A stretch of DNA of 64,000 nt, from assembly GCA_009377375.1 (NCBI GenBank), contig WHUE01000007.1:2816-66815 (forward strand). Reading direction: 5' to 3'. The translations under genes and the position numbers were made by a program. How positions within the stretch are numbered: position 1 is the stretch's first letter; every line of letters begins with the position of its first letter. Shown here piece by piece: positions 9,249-18,820 of this stretch. This DNA is from Alphaproteobacteria bacterium (GTDB taxonomy: Bacteria > Pseudomonadota > Alphaproteobacteria > MPNO01 > UBA2964). Under the pieces are notes generated by a model, which saw only the letters and a program-made list of their open reading frames with translations, had not been told where the DNA came from and searched no databases.

Positions 9249-10748
9249 CTATTCCTCGTCCTCGCGCGGCTGCCGCGCAGGGAAGCTCAACTTGAATGTC
9301 GTTCCGTCGCCGGGGGCGGAAACCACATCGATTGTGCCGTGATGGATCTGCACGCCCTTCTTGACGATGGCGAGCCCGATCCCCGTCCCCGGATAGTCCT
9401 CGACGAGATGCAGCCTCTGAAAAATCTCGAATATCCTGGATAAGTACTCCGGCTTCATGCCGATGCCGTTATCGGTGACTTCGATCGTGCAGTGCCCGTC
9501 CCGCTCGCCGCCGCGGATCGTAACTCTGGGTGTCGTGCCCTGGGCGACGAACTTGAGCGCGTTGCCGATGAGATTCTGCATGATCTGCATCATGATTTCC
9601 TGCTGGGCCTCCACCTTCGGCAGATCGCCCTCCACCAGGATTTCCGCACCGCTGGCCGCAATCTCGGCCGCCAGGTTTTCCCGGACGAGATTGACAACGC
9701 CAGCCAGGGAGAGCACGCGGAAGGCGATGCCGCCGCGGCCGAGGCGGCTGTACCCCAGCAGGTCGTCGATCAACTGGCCCATGCGGACCGCACCGGTCGA
9801 GATATGCCCCAGGAATTCCCGCCCGGCGTCGTCCAGCACGCTTTCGTAGTCTTCCGCCAGCGCATCGGAGAACCCGCTGATCGCGCGCAGCGGGGCCTTC
9901 AGGTCGTGGGCGACGGAATAGGCGAAGGCTTCCAGCTCATGCGCGCTTTCCGCAAGCTCCCGCTCCGCCTTCTTGCGCTCGGTGATGTCACGGATGATGC
10001 CGACGAAAATCTGCTCGTCGCCCTCCCGCGCCTCAGCGACCGACAGCTCCATCGGAAACTCGGTGCCGTTCTTGCGCCGGGCAGTGACCTCGCGGCCGAT
10101 GCCGATGATCTTGGCCTCGCCCGTGCGGCGGTACGCCTCGAGGTAGCCGTCGTGCTCCGACCTGTACGGGTCGGGCATCAGCATCTTCACGTTGCGTCCG
10201 ATCACCTCTTCCGGCTGGTAGCCGAACAGCCGCCTGCAGGCGGGATTGAACATCTCGATGTCGCCGACCGCGTCGATGATGATCACGCCGTCTACGGCGG
10301 TGTCGATCACCGCCCGCAGCTTGCCCTCGCTGTCGCGCAGGGCCTGCTCCGCGTTCTTGCGCGCCGTGATGTCGCGGATGATGCCGACGAAGACGCGCTC
10401 ATCGCCCTCGCCGGCCTCGCCCACCGAAAGCTCCATGGGGAACTCGGTCCCGTCCTTGCGTCGCCCCGTCACCTCGCGGCCGATGCCGATGATCTTGGCC
10501 TCGCCCGTGCGGCGGTACGCCTCGAGGTAGCCGTCGTGCTCGCCCCGGTAAGGCTCGGGCATCAGCATCCGGACGTTTTCGCCCATCACCTCCTCGCGCG
10601 CATAGCCGAAGAGCTTTTCGCAGGCAGGGTTGTACATCCGGATGCGGCCTTCGCCGTCGATCAGGATGACGCCGTCGACCGCCGTATCGATCACCGCCTC
10701 GAGGCGGGATCGCGTGGTCGCGAACAGGGCTGGCGGCGGGTCGGACAT
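9249..10748 (-). CDS. Cytoplasmic histidine kinase with two tandem FixL-type PAS domains
   Basis: Two copies of NV(R/K)MLMP(E/D)PYRxEHDGYLEAYRRTGEAKIIGIGREV; H-box AYSVAHDLKAPLRAI; FQRLH...YPGTGIGLAI; start re-picked at 10748. Confidence 0.9.
   Translation of the reverse strand: MSDPPPALFATTRSRLEAVIDTAVDGVILIDGEGRIRMYNPACEKLFGYAREEVMGENVRMLMPEPYRGEHDGYLEAYRRTGEAKIIGIGREVTGRRKDGTEFPMELSVGEAGEGDERVFVGIIRDITARKNAEQALRDSEGKLRAVIDTAVDGVIIIDAVGDIEMFNPACRRLFGYQPEEVIGRNVKMLMPDPYRSEHDGYLEAYRRTGEAKIIGIGREVTARRKNGTEFPMELSVAEAREGDEQIFVGIIRDITERKKAERELAESAHELEAFAYSVAHDLKAPLRAISGFSDALAEDYESVLDDAGREFLGHISTGAVRMGQLIDDLLGYSRLGRGGIAFRVLSLAGVVNLVRENLAAEIAASGAEILVEGDLPKVEAQQEIMMQIMQNLIGNALKFVAQGTTPRVTIRGGERDGHCTIEVTDNGIGMKPEYLSRIFEIFQRLHLVEDYPGTGIGLAIVKKGVQIHHGTIDVVSAPGDGTTFKLSFPARQPREDEE
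10087..10541. repeat. Intragenic direct repeat (PAS duplication, 384-nt offset) with a 71-nt identical core
   Basis: 10087-10157 is identical to 10471-10541; similarity extends on both sides. Confidence 0.9.
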
Positions 10749-11050
10749 GGCGGGAGGGCGCTGCCTTGTCTTTGGGTCGCTGGAACGAGCGGAACTCAGC
10801 GACACTTATACCCGACACGCACGCGTGGGGAACGTAAAAATCCGTTTCAGTCCATACCGATATGTACGGCGGCTCGCGGAATCGGAGCCCCGGGGGATAC
10901 CTGCCGGTTGCGCCGGCCCCTGCCCCACGGCGGCAACCGCAGGACTGGGGTTCACCGACTCGACCGGCTGCGCCGGCCGGTCATGAGTCTCAGCGCCGGT
11001 TCGGGCGCTCGAAAGCTGTCCCGCAGGGACGCACTATCGAGCGATCGCTC

Positions 11051-11686
11051 CTAGCCGACGGCGCGCAGCTTCTCTTCGACGTCGCCGCTGACGAGGTTCT
11101 GCTCGACGAACTCCCAGTTGACGAGATGCTCCAGGAACGCCTTGACGAAATCCGGCCGGCGGTTCTGGTAGTCGAGATAGTAGGCGTGCTCCCACACGTC
11201 GAGCGTCAGCAGCGGCGTCTTGCCGTGAACCAGCGGCGTGTCCGCATTCGAGGTGCTCACGATGTCCAGCTTGCCGCCATCCTCGACGAGCCAGGCCCAG
11301 CCGCTGCCGAACTGGCCGACCGCCGCTTCCTCGAACTTCTCGCAGAACGCGTCGAACGAGCCGAAATCGCCGGAAATCCGCTTCCCCAGCTCGCCGGACG
11401 GCTCATGGCCGCCCTTCGGAGTCATGCAATGCCAGAAGAAGGTGTGGTTCCAGGCCTGGGCGGCATTGTTGAACAGCCCGGCCTGTTCCTTGTCCTGCGC
11501 GGCGGCGCGCACGATGTTCACCAGCGGCTGCTTCTCCAGCGGCGTGCCTTCCACCGCGTCGCTCGTCTTCTTCACATAAGTCGCATGGTGCTTCCCGTAA
11601 TGAAACTCCAGCGTGCGCTCCGAGATATGCGGCTCAAGCGCCTTCATCTCATAGGGGAGGTCGGGAAGCTTCAGACGATCTGCCAT
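11051..11686 (-). CDS. sodB: Fe/Mn superoxide dismutase (Fe-type residues)
   Basis: LPDLPY, HYGKHHATY, FNNAAQAWNHTFFW, FGSGWAWL, DVWEHAYYLDYQNRR; start re-picked at 11686. Confidence 0.95.
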   Translation of the reverse strand: MADRLKLPDLPYEMKALEPHISERTLEFHYGKHHATYVKKTSDAVEGTPLEKQPLVNIVRAAAQDKEQAGLFNNAAQAWNHTFFWHCMTPKGGHEPSGELGKRISGDFGSFDAFCEKFEEAAVGQFGSGWAWLVEDGGKLDIVSTSNADTPLVHGKTPLLTLDVWEHAYYLDYQNRRPDFVKAFLEHLVNWEFVEQNLVSGDVEEKLRAVG

Positions 11687-11846
11687 TTTTGTCCTCGCGT
11701 CGGTCAGGATGCTAATGCGCAGCCCGCCCGCGCCGCGGACAGACGTCGGCAAGCCGCGCCTTTCCTCTGGCACCTAGTCAGTTTCGCCCTGGGTTCAACC
11801 GTTCCCCGGGCAACTGTCACAAGGGTGTCACCCCGCATCGCGCGGA

Positions 11847-12650
11847 TCACCCTTCGGCGAGGTCGATATAGGTGCCTTCGATGTCGGTCAGGTGGTAGTG
11901 CCCCAGCGGACACCGCTTGAACAGTTCCAGCCGCGCCTTGCCCTCGTCGCCGTAGCCCAACGGCCTGCTGTGCAGATGCGGGTTCTGCCCCGTCAGGTCC
12001 TCGAGGTCCTCCTTCACCTTTTCGATGCTCTCGACGGTGAATCCGATATGGTCGGGGCCGGTGCGCTGGGGATCCATGCCGGCATAGTCGTCAATGTTCC
12101 ATTGCAGGATCGCCAGCGTCATGTTGCCGTCCGACAAATAGTGGTTCGGATCGCCGGCCTTCCGGTTGAGCGGGCTGAGCTCGAATACCTCGTGATAGAA
12201 TTCGGCGCAGCGCTCGGCGTTGCGGGTGCGCAGCGCGAAATGGCTGAACTTGCGTTCCGTCCGGTCCAGATCGTCGGCATAAACGTCCTTCTGCATCTTC
12301 AGGTTCCTGGCCGAAAGGTCAAAAATGTTGATATCTGGGTCGTGCGCGCTGAACGCGGCGAAGGGGCGGACCGGCGGACGCTTCAGCAGCCGGATCGAGG
12401 GATCGAACCGCGATATGCGCTCGCGCGCCAGCTCCACGTCCTCGACCTCCAGCCCGAAATGGTCGAGCCCGCTGGTGCGGCCTTCGCGGCGCGGGATGAT
12501 ATTCATGCCCACCGCCCCGTCGCTGACGACGCAGGCGCGCGCCGGTCGCGGCTTGCTGGCGGTGCGCAGCCCGAACAGCGCCTCGTAGAACTTGGCGTTG
12601 ATCGCGTAGTGGTCGGTGGTGATGGCGATATGGTTCAGTCGCGCGAACAT
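11847..12650 (-). CDS. Two-domain VOC (glyoxalase/extradiol dioxygenase fold) protein
   Basis: RLNHIAI, GLDHFGLEV, KFSHFAL, GPDHIGFTV repeated pattern; start re-picked at 12650. Confidence 0.75.
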   Translation of the reverse strand: MFARLNHIAITTDHYAINAKFYEALFGLRTASKPRPARACVVSDGAVGMNIIPRREGRTSGLDHFGLEVEDVELARERISRFDPSIRLLKRPPVRPFAAFSAHDPDINIFDLSARNLKMQKDVYADDLDRTERKFSHFALRTRNAERCAEFYHEVFELSPLNRKAGDPNHYLSDGNMTLAILQWNIDDYAGMDPQRTGPDHIGFTVESIEKVKEDLEDLTGQNPHLHSRPLGYGDEGKARLELFKRCPLGHYHLTDIEGTYIDLAEG

Positions 12651-12795
12651 GACCCGCTGTCTCCCTGCTGTTGCGGCCGTGTCGTTTCTGGTTTGCGTCA
12701 TTCTGGTCTTTCGCGACGCGCCGCACAATGGGCCGGCGTTGCGCCGCTCCGCGAAAGCTGAGACGCTGGCCGACCAATAACCGGGGAGCCGCGCG

Positions 12796-13560
12796 ATGGC
12801 TGACGAGAGGACGCGAGGCGCCGGAACCGCGCTGGTGTCGGGCGCGGCCAGCGGCATCGGGCTGGCCTGCGCGAAACTGCTGCTGGAGGACGGCTGGTCG
12901 GTCGGCGCGGCCGACATCCAGCCCCTGCCGCCGTCGCTGGGGGACGACGCCCCGGCGGACCGCCTGCGGGAACTCGCCTGCGATGTCTCCAACGAGGACT
13001 CCTGCCGCGCCGCGGTGGCGGAGACCGTCTCGGCGTTCGGGGGGCTACACGCCCTGCTGCACTTCGCCGCGTTTCATTCGACGAATACCTGGCAGGAGCT
13101 CAGCGCGGTGGAATTCACCCGCACGCAGGAGGTGAATGTCACCGGCTCGTTCCTGATGGCGCGCGAAGCGGCACGGCACATGGCGGCGCATGGCGGCGGC
13201 GCCATCGTCCTGACCGGGTCGGGCTCGATGAATTCCGGCGGGGTCGGCGGGCACGGGCGCGGCGGGCCGGCCTATATCGCCTCAAAGGCCGCGATCGTCG
13301 GGCTGACGCGGTCCCTCGCCCGCTCGTTCGGCCCCCACGGCATCCGCGTCAACGCGGTCTTTCCGGGCGCCACCGACACTGCGATGACGGCGGAGTATGA
13401 CGAGGACGCGCGAAACCGGGTCGCCGAGCGCACGATCCTCGGCCGTATCGGCGCGGCAGCCGAAATCGCCGCCGTCGCCCGCTTCCTTGTTTCCGACGAC
13501 GCCCGCTACATGACCGGCGAGACCGTCAACGTCAACGGCGGCGGCAGTTTCGGGCTCTGA
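12796..13560 (+). CDS. SDR family oxidoreductase
   Basis: LVSGAASGIG, YIASK (YxxxK), IRVNAVFPG, GETVNVNGG. Confidence 0.93.
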   Translation: MADERTRGAGTALVSGAASGIGLACAKLLLEDGWSVGAADIQPLPPSLGDDAPADRLRELACDVSNEDSCRAAVAETVSAFGGLHALLHFAAFHSTNTWQELSAVEFTRTQEVNVTGSFLMAREAARHMAAHGGGAIVLTGSGSMNSGGVGGHGRGGPAYIASKAAIVGLTRSLARSFGPHGIRVNAVFPGATDTAMTAEYDEDARNRVAERTILGRIGAAAEIAAVARFLVSDDARYMTGETVNVNGGGSFGL

Positions 13561-13667
13561 TCCCCGCCGCACGGTGTGGTATGGTGAACGTACCCCGCGG
13601 GATGAAGCCGGAGCCACGCAGCGGAGGTGCATCCTCCGGGACACAGGGAATGAACAGGGAGGTTTCG

Positions 13668-14678
13668 ATGAAGCGACTTGGCACTCTTGTTGCCGCGACC
13701 GCCGGGCTCGTGCTCGCGACCGCACCGGCGGCGGCGCAGCAGACCGGCAAGCAGATGACCATCATTGTCGGCTTCGGCGCGGGCGGCGGTTATCACAACC
13801 TGGCGACGATCCTGTCGCGCCATATGGGTCAGCATCTGCCCGGCAATCCGACGATCATCGTACAGGTCAAGACCGGCGCCGGCAGCCTGGTCGCCATGAA
13901 CCACGTCGCCAATGTGGCGCCCAGGGACGGCAGCGTGCTGGGGACGGTCAGCGGCGCCACCATCCTCGAGCCCCTGTTCGGCAACAAGAAGGCGAAGTAC
14001 GACCCGCGCAAGATCAACTGGATCGGCAGCGCGGCCAGCGGCCACAACACCTGCTTCGCGCTGACCCGGACCGGCATCACCTCGCTGGACGCGGCGAAGG
14101 AAAAGGAGCTCGCGATCGGCTCCACCGGGCGCGGCTCGCGCACCTTCACCTACCCGACGGCGCTGAACACCCTGCTCGGCACGAAGTTCAAGATCATCAG
14201 CGGCTATCGCGGGATGAAGGACGTCATGCAGGCCATGGAGACCGGCGAGATCAGCGGCGTCTGCGGCTACGGCTGGGAATCGGTCCGCAACCAGCATGCC
14301 CGTCTGCTGGAGGAGAAGGCGATCACCCTGTTCGCCCAGTTCGCCTACGCCAAGCACGGCGAGTTGCAGGATGTGCCGCTGGTGCTCGATGTCGTCAAGC
14401 CGGGCAGGGAGCGCCAGGCCATCAAGCTCCTGTCGATCGACGCCTATGTCGCATGGCCGGTTCTCGCCCCGCCCGGCACGCCGAAGGCGGAGGTCGAGAC
14501 GATCCGGCGCGCCTATGAAAAGGCCCTGGCCGATCCCGCGCTGATCGCGGACGCGAAGAAAATCGGCGTCGGCATCGATCCGATCAAGGGCGAGGAAATC
14601 CGGGCCGTCGTCGCGCAGGCCTATGCGACGCCGGACGAGGTGGTCGAGTTCACGCGCGAGATCACCGGCCTCAAGTAA
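13668..14678 (+). CDS. Tripartite tricarboxylate transporter (Bug/TctC-like) substrate-binding protein
   Basis: Signal peptide; IIVGFGAGGGY; HLPGNPTIIV; GAGSLVA; DVPL; PPGTP; GGAGG RBS before 13668. Confidence 0.85.
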   Translation: MKRLGTLVAATAGLVLATAPAAAQQTGKQMTIIVGFGAGGGYHNLATILSRHMGQHLPGNPTIIVQVKTGAGSLVAMNHVANVAPRDGSVLGTVSGATILEPLFGNKKAKYDPRKINWIGSAASGHNTCFALTRTGITSLDAAKEKELAIGSTGRGSRTFTYPTALNTLLGTKFKIISGYRGMKDVMQAMETGEISGVCGYGWESVRNQHARLLEEKAITLFAQFAYAKHGELQDVPLVLDVVKPGRERQAIKLLSIDAYVAWPVLAPPGTPKAEVETIRRAYEKALADPALIADAKKIGVGIDPIKGEEIRAVVAQAYATPDEVVEFTREITGLK

Positions 14679-14770
14679 CGACCTCCGTTTCCCGGAAAGC
14701 CGCCCCGCGCCCTTCTCCGGGATCGAAAAGATCGAGTGGTAGATGAGGACCGCGTGATGCGCGCGATTAC

Positions 14771-14802
14771 GAAAGGGCCGCCCCCGCCGGGGCGGCCCTT
14801 TC
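14771..14802. terminator. Inverted repeat, likely intrinsic terminator
   Basis: 14-bp perfect stem GAAAGGGCCGCCCC / GGGGCGGCCCTTTC with a 4-nt loop, downstream of the TTT binding-protein gene. Confidence 0.65.
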
Positions 14803-14899
14803 CGCGTCCGGAAGCGCACGACGAAGCGCTTGTTGTGCCGGGCCGCGGAGTAATTGCATAATCGCGCCAGGATCGGGAAACCCAACCAGGGAGGACTTC

Positions 14900-15937
14900 A
14901 TGGGACTCAGGTCGATTTCGCTCGCCGCCGGCGCCTCGGCGATCGCGCTGGCGGGCGCGCTTCTGGCCGGCCCGGCCGCAGCGGCGGACCAGGTGACGCT
15001 GCGCATGCATACCCACGTTCCGCCGGTGGCGCAGTCGTTCAAGAATCTGGTGACATGGACCAAGATGGTCGAAAAGTCGTCCGGTGGGGCGCTGAAAATC
15101 CAGCTTTTCGGCTCGAACCAGCTGGGCGGCAAGGCTGAGGACGTGTTCGATCAGGTGAAGAACGGCGTGGTCGACATCGGATGGACCCTGCCGGGCTATA
15201 AGGCGGGGCTGTTCCCGGGCGTAACCGTGTTCGAGCTGCCGTTCATCGGCGCCACCGCCGACATCGCCTCGCCTGCCGTGGACGCCTTCGTGCGCAAGTA
15301 CGGCAAGGATTTTCAGGACGTGCACGTGATCGTCGTTCACTCGGCGGGCGAATCCGTCATCCACATGAAGGGCGGTCCCATTCGCCGGATAGAGGACTTC
15401 AAGGGCAAGAAGATCCGCACCCCCTCGCGCATCTCCAGCGCCGCGCTGACGGCGCTGGGCGCCACCCCCGTGCCGATTCCGGGGCTGAAGATGACCGAGG
15501 CGCTGATGCGCAACGTGGTCGACGGCGCCGTCACCCCGTGGTCGATCGCCCGCGCCATCCGCACTGTCGACGTGGTCGAGTCGCACACGCTGACGCTGCT
15601 GCACGGCCCGGTGCTGGCGATGCTGATGAACAAGCAGAGCTACGCGAAGCTGCCGGCGGCGGCGAAGAAGGCGATCGACAGCAATTCGGGCGAGGGCGTC
15701 GCCAAGATGTTCGGCAAGATGTGGGTCCGCGACGACATCCCCGGCCGCAAGAAGGCGGAAGAGCTGAAGCACACTATCGTCGAGGTTTCGGCCGAGGAGG
15801 AGGCGCGCTGGCGCAAGGCGACGCAGCCGGTCTATGACGACTGGGTCAAGACCATGAACGCCAAGGGCTTCCCCGCCGCGCAGATGGTCAAGGACGCCGA
15901 GGCGCTGATCGCGAAGTACAAGGCGGAAGCCAAGTAA
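14900..15937 (+). CDS. dctP: TRAP transporter substrate-binding protein
   Basis: Signal peptide; QLGG...GVVDI; ELPF; DFKGKKIR; ALGATPV. Confidence 0.9.
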   Translation: MGLRSISLAAGASAIALAGALLAGPAAAADQVTLRMHTHVPPVAQSFKNLVTWTKMVEKSSGGALKIQLFGSNQLGGKAEDVFDQVKNGVVDIGWTLPGYKAGLFPGVTVFELPFIGATADIASPAVDAFVRKYGKDFQDVHVIVVHSAGESVIHMKGGPIRRIEDFKGKKIRTPSRISSAALTALGATPVPIPGLKMTEALMRNVVDGAVTPWSIARAIRTVDVVESHTLTLLHGPVLAMLMNKQSYAKLPAAAKKAIDSNSGEGVAKMFGKMWVRDDIPGRKKAEELKHTIVEVSAEEEARWRKATQPVYDDWVKTMNAKGFPAAQMVKDAEALIAKYKAEAK

Positions 15938-15940
15938 AGC

Positions 15941-16510
15941 ATGCAACCGGAACCCGGCCCGGCGGGCGGCGCGGAACCGCGCGTCGCCCACGGCCAGGCG
16001 GCACAGGAAGCGCTCGACCTCGCCACCGTGCCGGGCGGTCGCGCGCTGCAGCGCCTGACCCGCGCGCTGGCGCTCGTCGGCGGCGTGCTGCTGCTGGCGG
16101 CGGTGGCGGTCACGCTCGTCAGCGTGACCGGGCGCTATGCGCTGAACACGCCGGTCCCCGGCGATTACGAGCTGGTGGAGATCATCTGCGCGGTCGCGGT
16201 CTTCCTGTTCTTTCCCTTCACCCATTCGGTCGGCGGCAACATCACCGCAGAATTCTTTACCTCCGGCCTGCCGCTGCGCTGGCGTCGCATGACGGACATC
16301 GTCCATGACCTGATCTTCGCGCTGCTGGCCGCGCTGCTCACCTGGCGGCTCGGGCACGGCCTGGCCGACAAGTTCGCCAACGGCGACAGCACCATCCTGA
16401 TCCAGATTCCGTTCTGGTGGGCCTACAGCTTCGCCGTCGCCTGCCTGGCGCTGCTGACCGTGGTCTGCGCGCTGCGCGTCGTCGCCGGCATTACGGCGCT
16501 GCGCGGATGA
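15941..16510 (+). CDS. dctQ: TRAP transporter small permease
   Basis: Four TM segments; SVTGRY, YELVE, GNITAEF; lies between dctP and dctM. Confidence 0.88.
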   Translation: MQPEPGPAGGAEPRVAHGQAAQEALDLATVPGGRALQRLTRALALVGGVLLLAAVAVTLVSVTGRYALNTPVPGDYELVEIICAVAVFLFFPFTHSVGGNITAEFFTSGLPLRWRRMTDIVHDLIFALLAALLTWRLGHGLADKFANGDSTILIQIPFWWAYSFAVACLALLTVVCALRVVAGITALRG

Positions 16511-17823
16511 GCAATATCGAGCTCGGCGTGCTTCTATTCGGGGCGATGATGCTGCTTATCGTCCTGCGCATGCCGATCGCGATCTCGATGATGCTCTGCG
16601 GCATGTTCGGCTTCGCCATGATCGCCGGATGGCAGCCCATGATCGGGCTGCTGTCGGAAGCGCCGTTTTCGCGCGTCGCCAGCAACGAGCTGACGGTGAT
16701 CCCGCTTTTCGTGCTGATGGGGCAGTTCGCGACCGAGGGCGGCATCAGCCAGGCGCTCTACCGCGCGGCGCGGGCGTGGCTCGGCCATTTTCGGGGCGGC
16801 ATCGCCATGGCGACCATCGGCGGCTGCGCCGCGTTCGGCGCGATCTGCGGCTCTTCCGTGGCGACCGGCGCCACCATGGCCGCCGTCGCCATGCCGGAAA
16901 TGCGGCGCTACGGCTATTCCGGCGCGCTGGCGACCGGGGTGCTGGCGGCGGGCGGCACGCTGGGCATCCTGATCCCGCCGTCGATCATCCTGGTGATCTA
17001 CGCCATCCTGACGGAGCAGTCGCTGGCGCATCTGTTTCTGGCCGCGTTCATCCCCGGGATGATCGCGACGCTGGGTTACGCCCTCGCCGTGTTCTTCTAT
17101 GTGCGGGTCCGCCCCGATGCCGGCCCGGCCGGCGAACGCTCCGGCTGGGGCGAGCGCATCCGCAGCCTCGGCACCGTGTGGCCGGTAATCACCATCTTCC
17201 TGGTGGTGGTCGGTGGCATCTATCTCGGCGTGTTCACTCCCACCGAGGGCGCGGCGGTGGGCGCGGCCTCAACCGGGTTGCTGTCCTGGTTCGCGGGCAC
17301 CATGCGGCTGCGCGGCATCGGCAACGCGATGCTGGAAACGGCGAAGATCAGCGGAATGATCTACCTGATCCTGATCGGGGCGGAGTTCTACTCGTCCTTC
17401 CTGGCGCTGTCCCTGCTGCCGCAGGCGCTGTCGGAATGGATCGGCGGTCTGGGCTGGTCGCCCTATTCGATCCTGATCGGGATCGTCCTGCTCTACCTGG
17501 TGCTGGGCTGCGTGATGGACGGGCTGGCGATGATCCTGCTCACCGTCCCGGTCTTCCTGCCGGTGGTGGTCGCGCTGGATTTCGGCATCCCGGCGGAGGC
17601 GGTGCCGATCTGGTTCGGCATCCTGATCCTGATTGTCGTCGAGGTCGGGCTGATCACGCCGCCCATCGGCATCAACGTCTACGTCATCAACTCCATCGCG
17701 CCCGACGTGCCGATGACGGACTCGTTCAAGGGCATCGTGCCCTTCTTCCTCTCCGACCTCGTCCGCATCGCCATCATCATCGCCTTCCCGGCGACGACGA
17801 CGTGGCTTGCGGGGGTCGGGTAG
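16507..17823 (+). CDS. dctM: TRAP transporter large permease
   Basis: IPLFVLMG, FGAICGSSVAT, GGTLGILIPPS, FTPTEG, GLITPPIG; ATGA overlap with dctQ. Confidence 0.93.
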   Translation: MSNIELGVLLFGAMMLLIVLRMPIAISMMLCGMFGFAMIAGWQPMIGLLSEAPFSRVASNELTVIPLFVLMGQFATEGGISQALYRAARAWLGHFRGGIAMATIGGCAAFGAICGSSVATGATMAAVAMPEMRRYGYSGALATGVLAAGGTLGILIPPSIILVIYAILTEQSLAHLFLAAFIPGMIATLGYALAVFFYVRVRPDAGPAGERSGWGERIRSLGTVWPVITIFLVVVGGIYLGVFTPTEGAAVGAASTGLLSWFAGTMRLRGIGNAMLETAKISGMIYLILIGAEFYSSFLALSLLPQALSEWIGGLGWSPYSILIGIVLLYLVLGCVMDGLAMILLTVPVFLPVVVALDFGIPAEAVPIWFGILILIVVEVGLITPPIGINVYVINSIAPDVPMTDSFKGIVPFFLSDLVRIAIIIAFPATTTWLAGVG

Positions 17824-17838
17824 CGGCCTTCGCGGCCT

Positions 17839-18807
17839 TTACGCCTCGCCTTCCACCCGCAGCCAGCCGAGCGTGCGCATCAGCGGCTCGTCGGTCATCC
17901 AGAACAGGGTGGAATCGGCCTCGGCCCGGTGCTCGACCGGGCGCCAGGCGGGGGCGGCGATGACGTCGCCGCGGCTCCAGGCGAAGGTTTCACCGTCGAC
18001 GACGGTCTCTCCCCTCCCCTCGGCGCAGCAGTAGATCCGGTTGGCGGTGGTACGGAAGGGCTGCGTCGCCTGCCCGCCCTCCAGCCGTTCCATGTAGAGC
18101 GCGATGGAGGACATGGCCGGGCGGCCGAGCTGCACCCGGCGGCCGAAACGGCCATCGGCATCCGGCTTCTCCCTGTCCAGCGCGGCCTGCACCTTTTCCC
18201 ACGGGAAGATGAACGGGGATTCGTTCGGCACGCTGGTCACCGGCTCGAACCCGTCCGGGTGGCCCTCGAAGAACATCGGCTCCAGCATGTGGACCAGCGG
18301 CGCGTCGAGGCAGTCCAGCCAGCAGCACATCCCCTCCGCCTCGCTGCCATGGCCGTGCCACGACCAGTTGGGCGTCAGCAGCACATCGTTGGGTCGCATC
18401 TCCAGCCGCTGGCCGTCGACCACGGTGTACGATCCCTCGCCCTCGAGGATGAAGCGCAGCGCATTGGGGGTGTGGCGGTGCGACCGTGCGGTCTCTCCCG
18501 GCAGGATCGCCTGATAGGCGCAGATCAGCGTGCGCACCGTGCCGTAGGTGTTGCCTTCCAGCGGATTGAACAGGATCAGGTTGCGGCGCTCCGCCAGCTC
18601 GGTGTCGACCAGCCGCCCGGCGGCGTTCAGCGCGGCGCGGCCGTCCTCCCAGCGCCACTGGGCGGGCAGGAAGTTCTTGCGCGGCTCGGCCCACAGCGAC
18701 GGCGTCGGCTTGGCCCAGCCGGCGTTGATGCTGCGCGCGTCCAGCTCCCCGTAGAGCGTCTCGAGGTCGGGGACGGCGGCGAGCTCTTCGGTGGTTCTCA
18801 TCGTCAT
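17839..18807 (-). CDS. Gentisate 1,2-dioxygenase-like bicupin
   Basis: AERRNLILFNP, GTVRTLICAYQAILPGE, HRHTPNALRFILEG, TPNWSWHGH, DAPLV. Confidence 0.82.
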   Translation of the reverse strand: MTMRTTEELAAVPDLETLYGELDARSINAGWAKPTPSLWAEPRKNFLPAQWRWEDGRAALNAAGRLVDTELAERRNLILFNPLEGNTYGTVRTLICAYQAILPGETARSHRHTPNALRFILEGEGSYTVVDGQRLEMRPNDVLLTPNWSWHGHGSEAEGMCCWLDCLDAPLVHMLEPMFFEGHPDGFEPVTSVPNESPFIFPWEKVQAALDREKPDADGRFGRRVQLGRPAMSSIALYMERLEGGQATQPFRTTANRIYCCAEGRGETVVDGETFAWSRGDVIAAPAWRPVEHRAEADSTLFWMTDEPLMRTLGWLRVEGEA

Positions 18808-18820
18808 CTCCTCAATATAG

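Noticed and set aside
9249-10748. Calling this gene fixL
   Set aside because: The kinase core and partner regulator are Cph1/Rcp1-like; no fixJ or fixK nearby.
11005-11045. CGAAAG...GGGACGCA resembling a c-di-GMP-I riboswitch
   Set aside because: The GGCAAAC P1 element is missing; it folds better as a nested hairpin (CGCTCGA/TCGAGCG with GTCCC/GGGAC) just downstream of the sodB stop.
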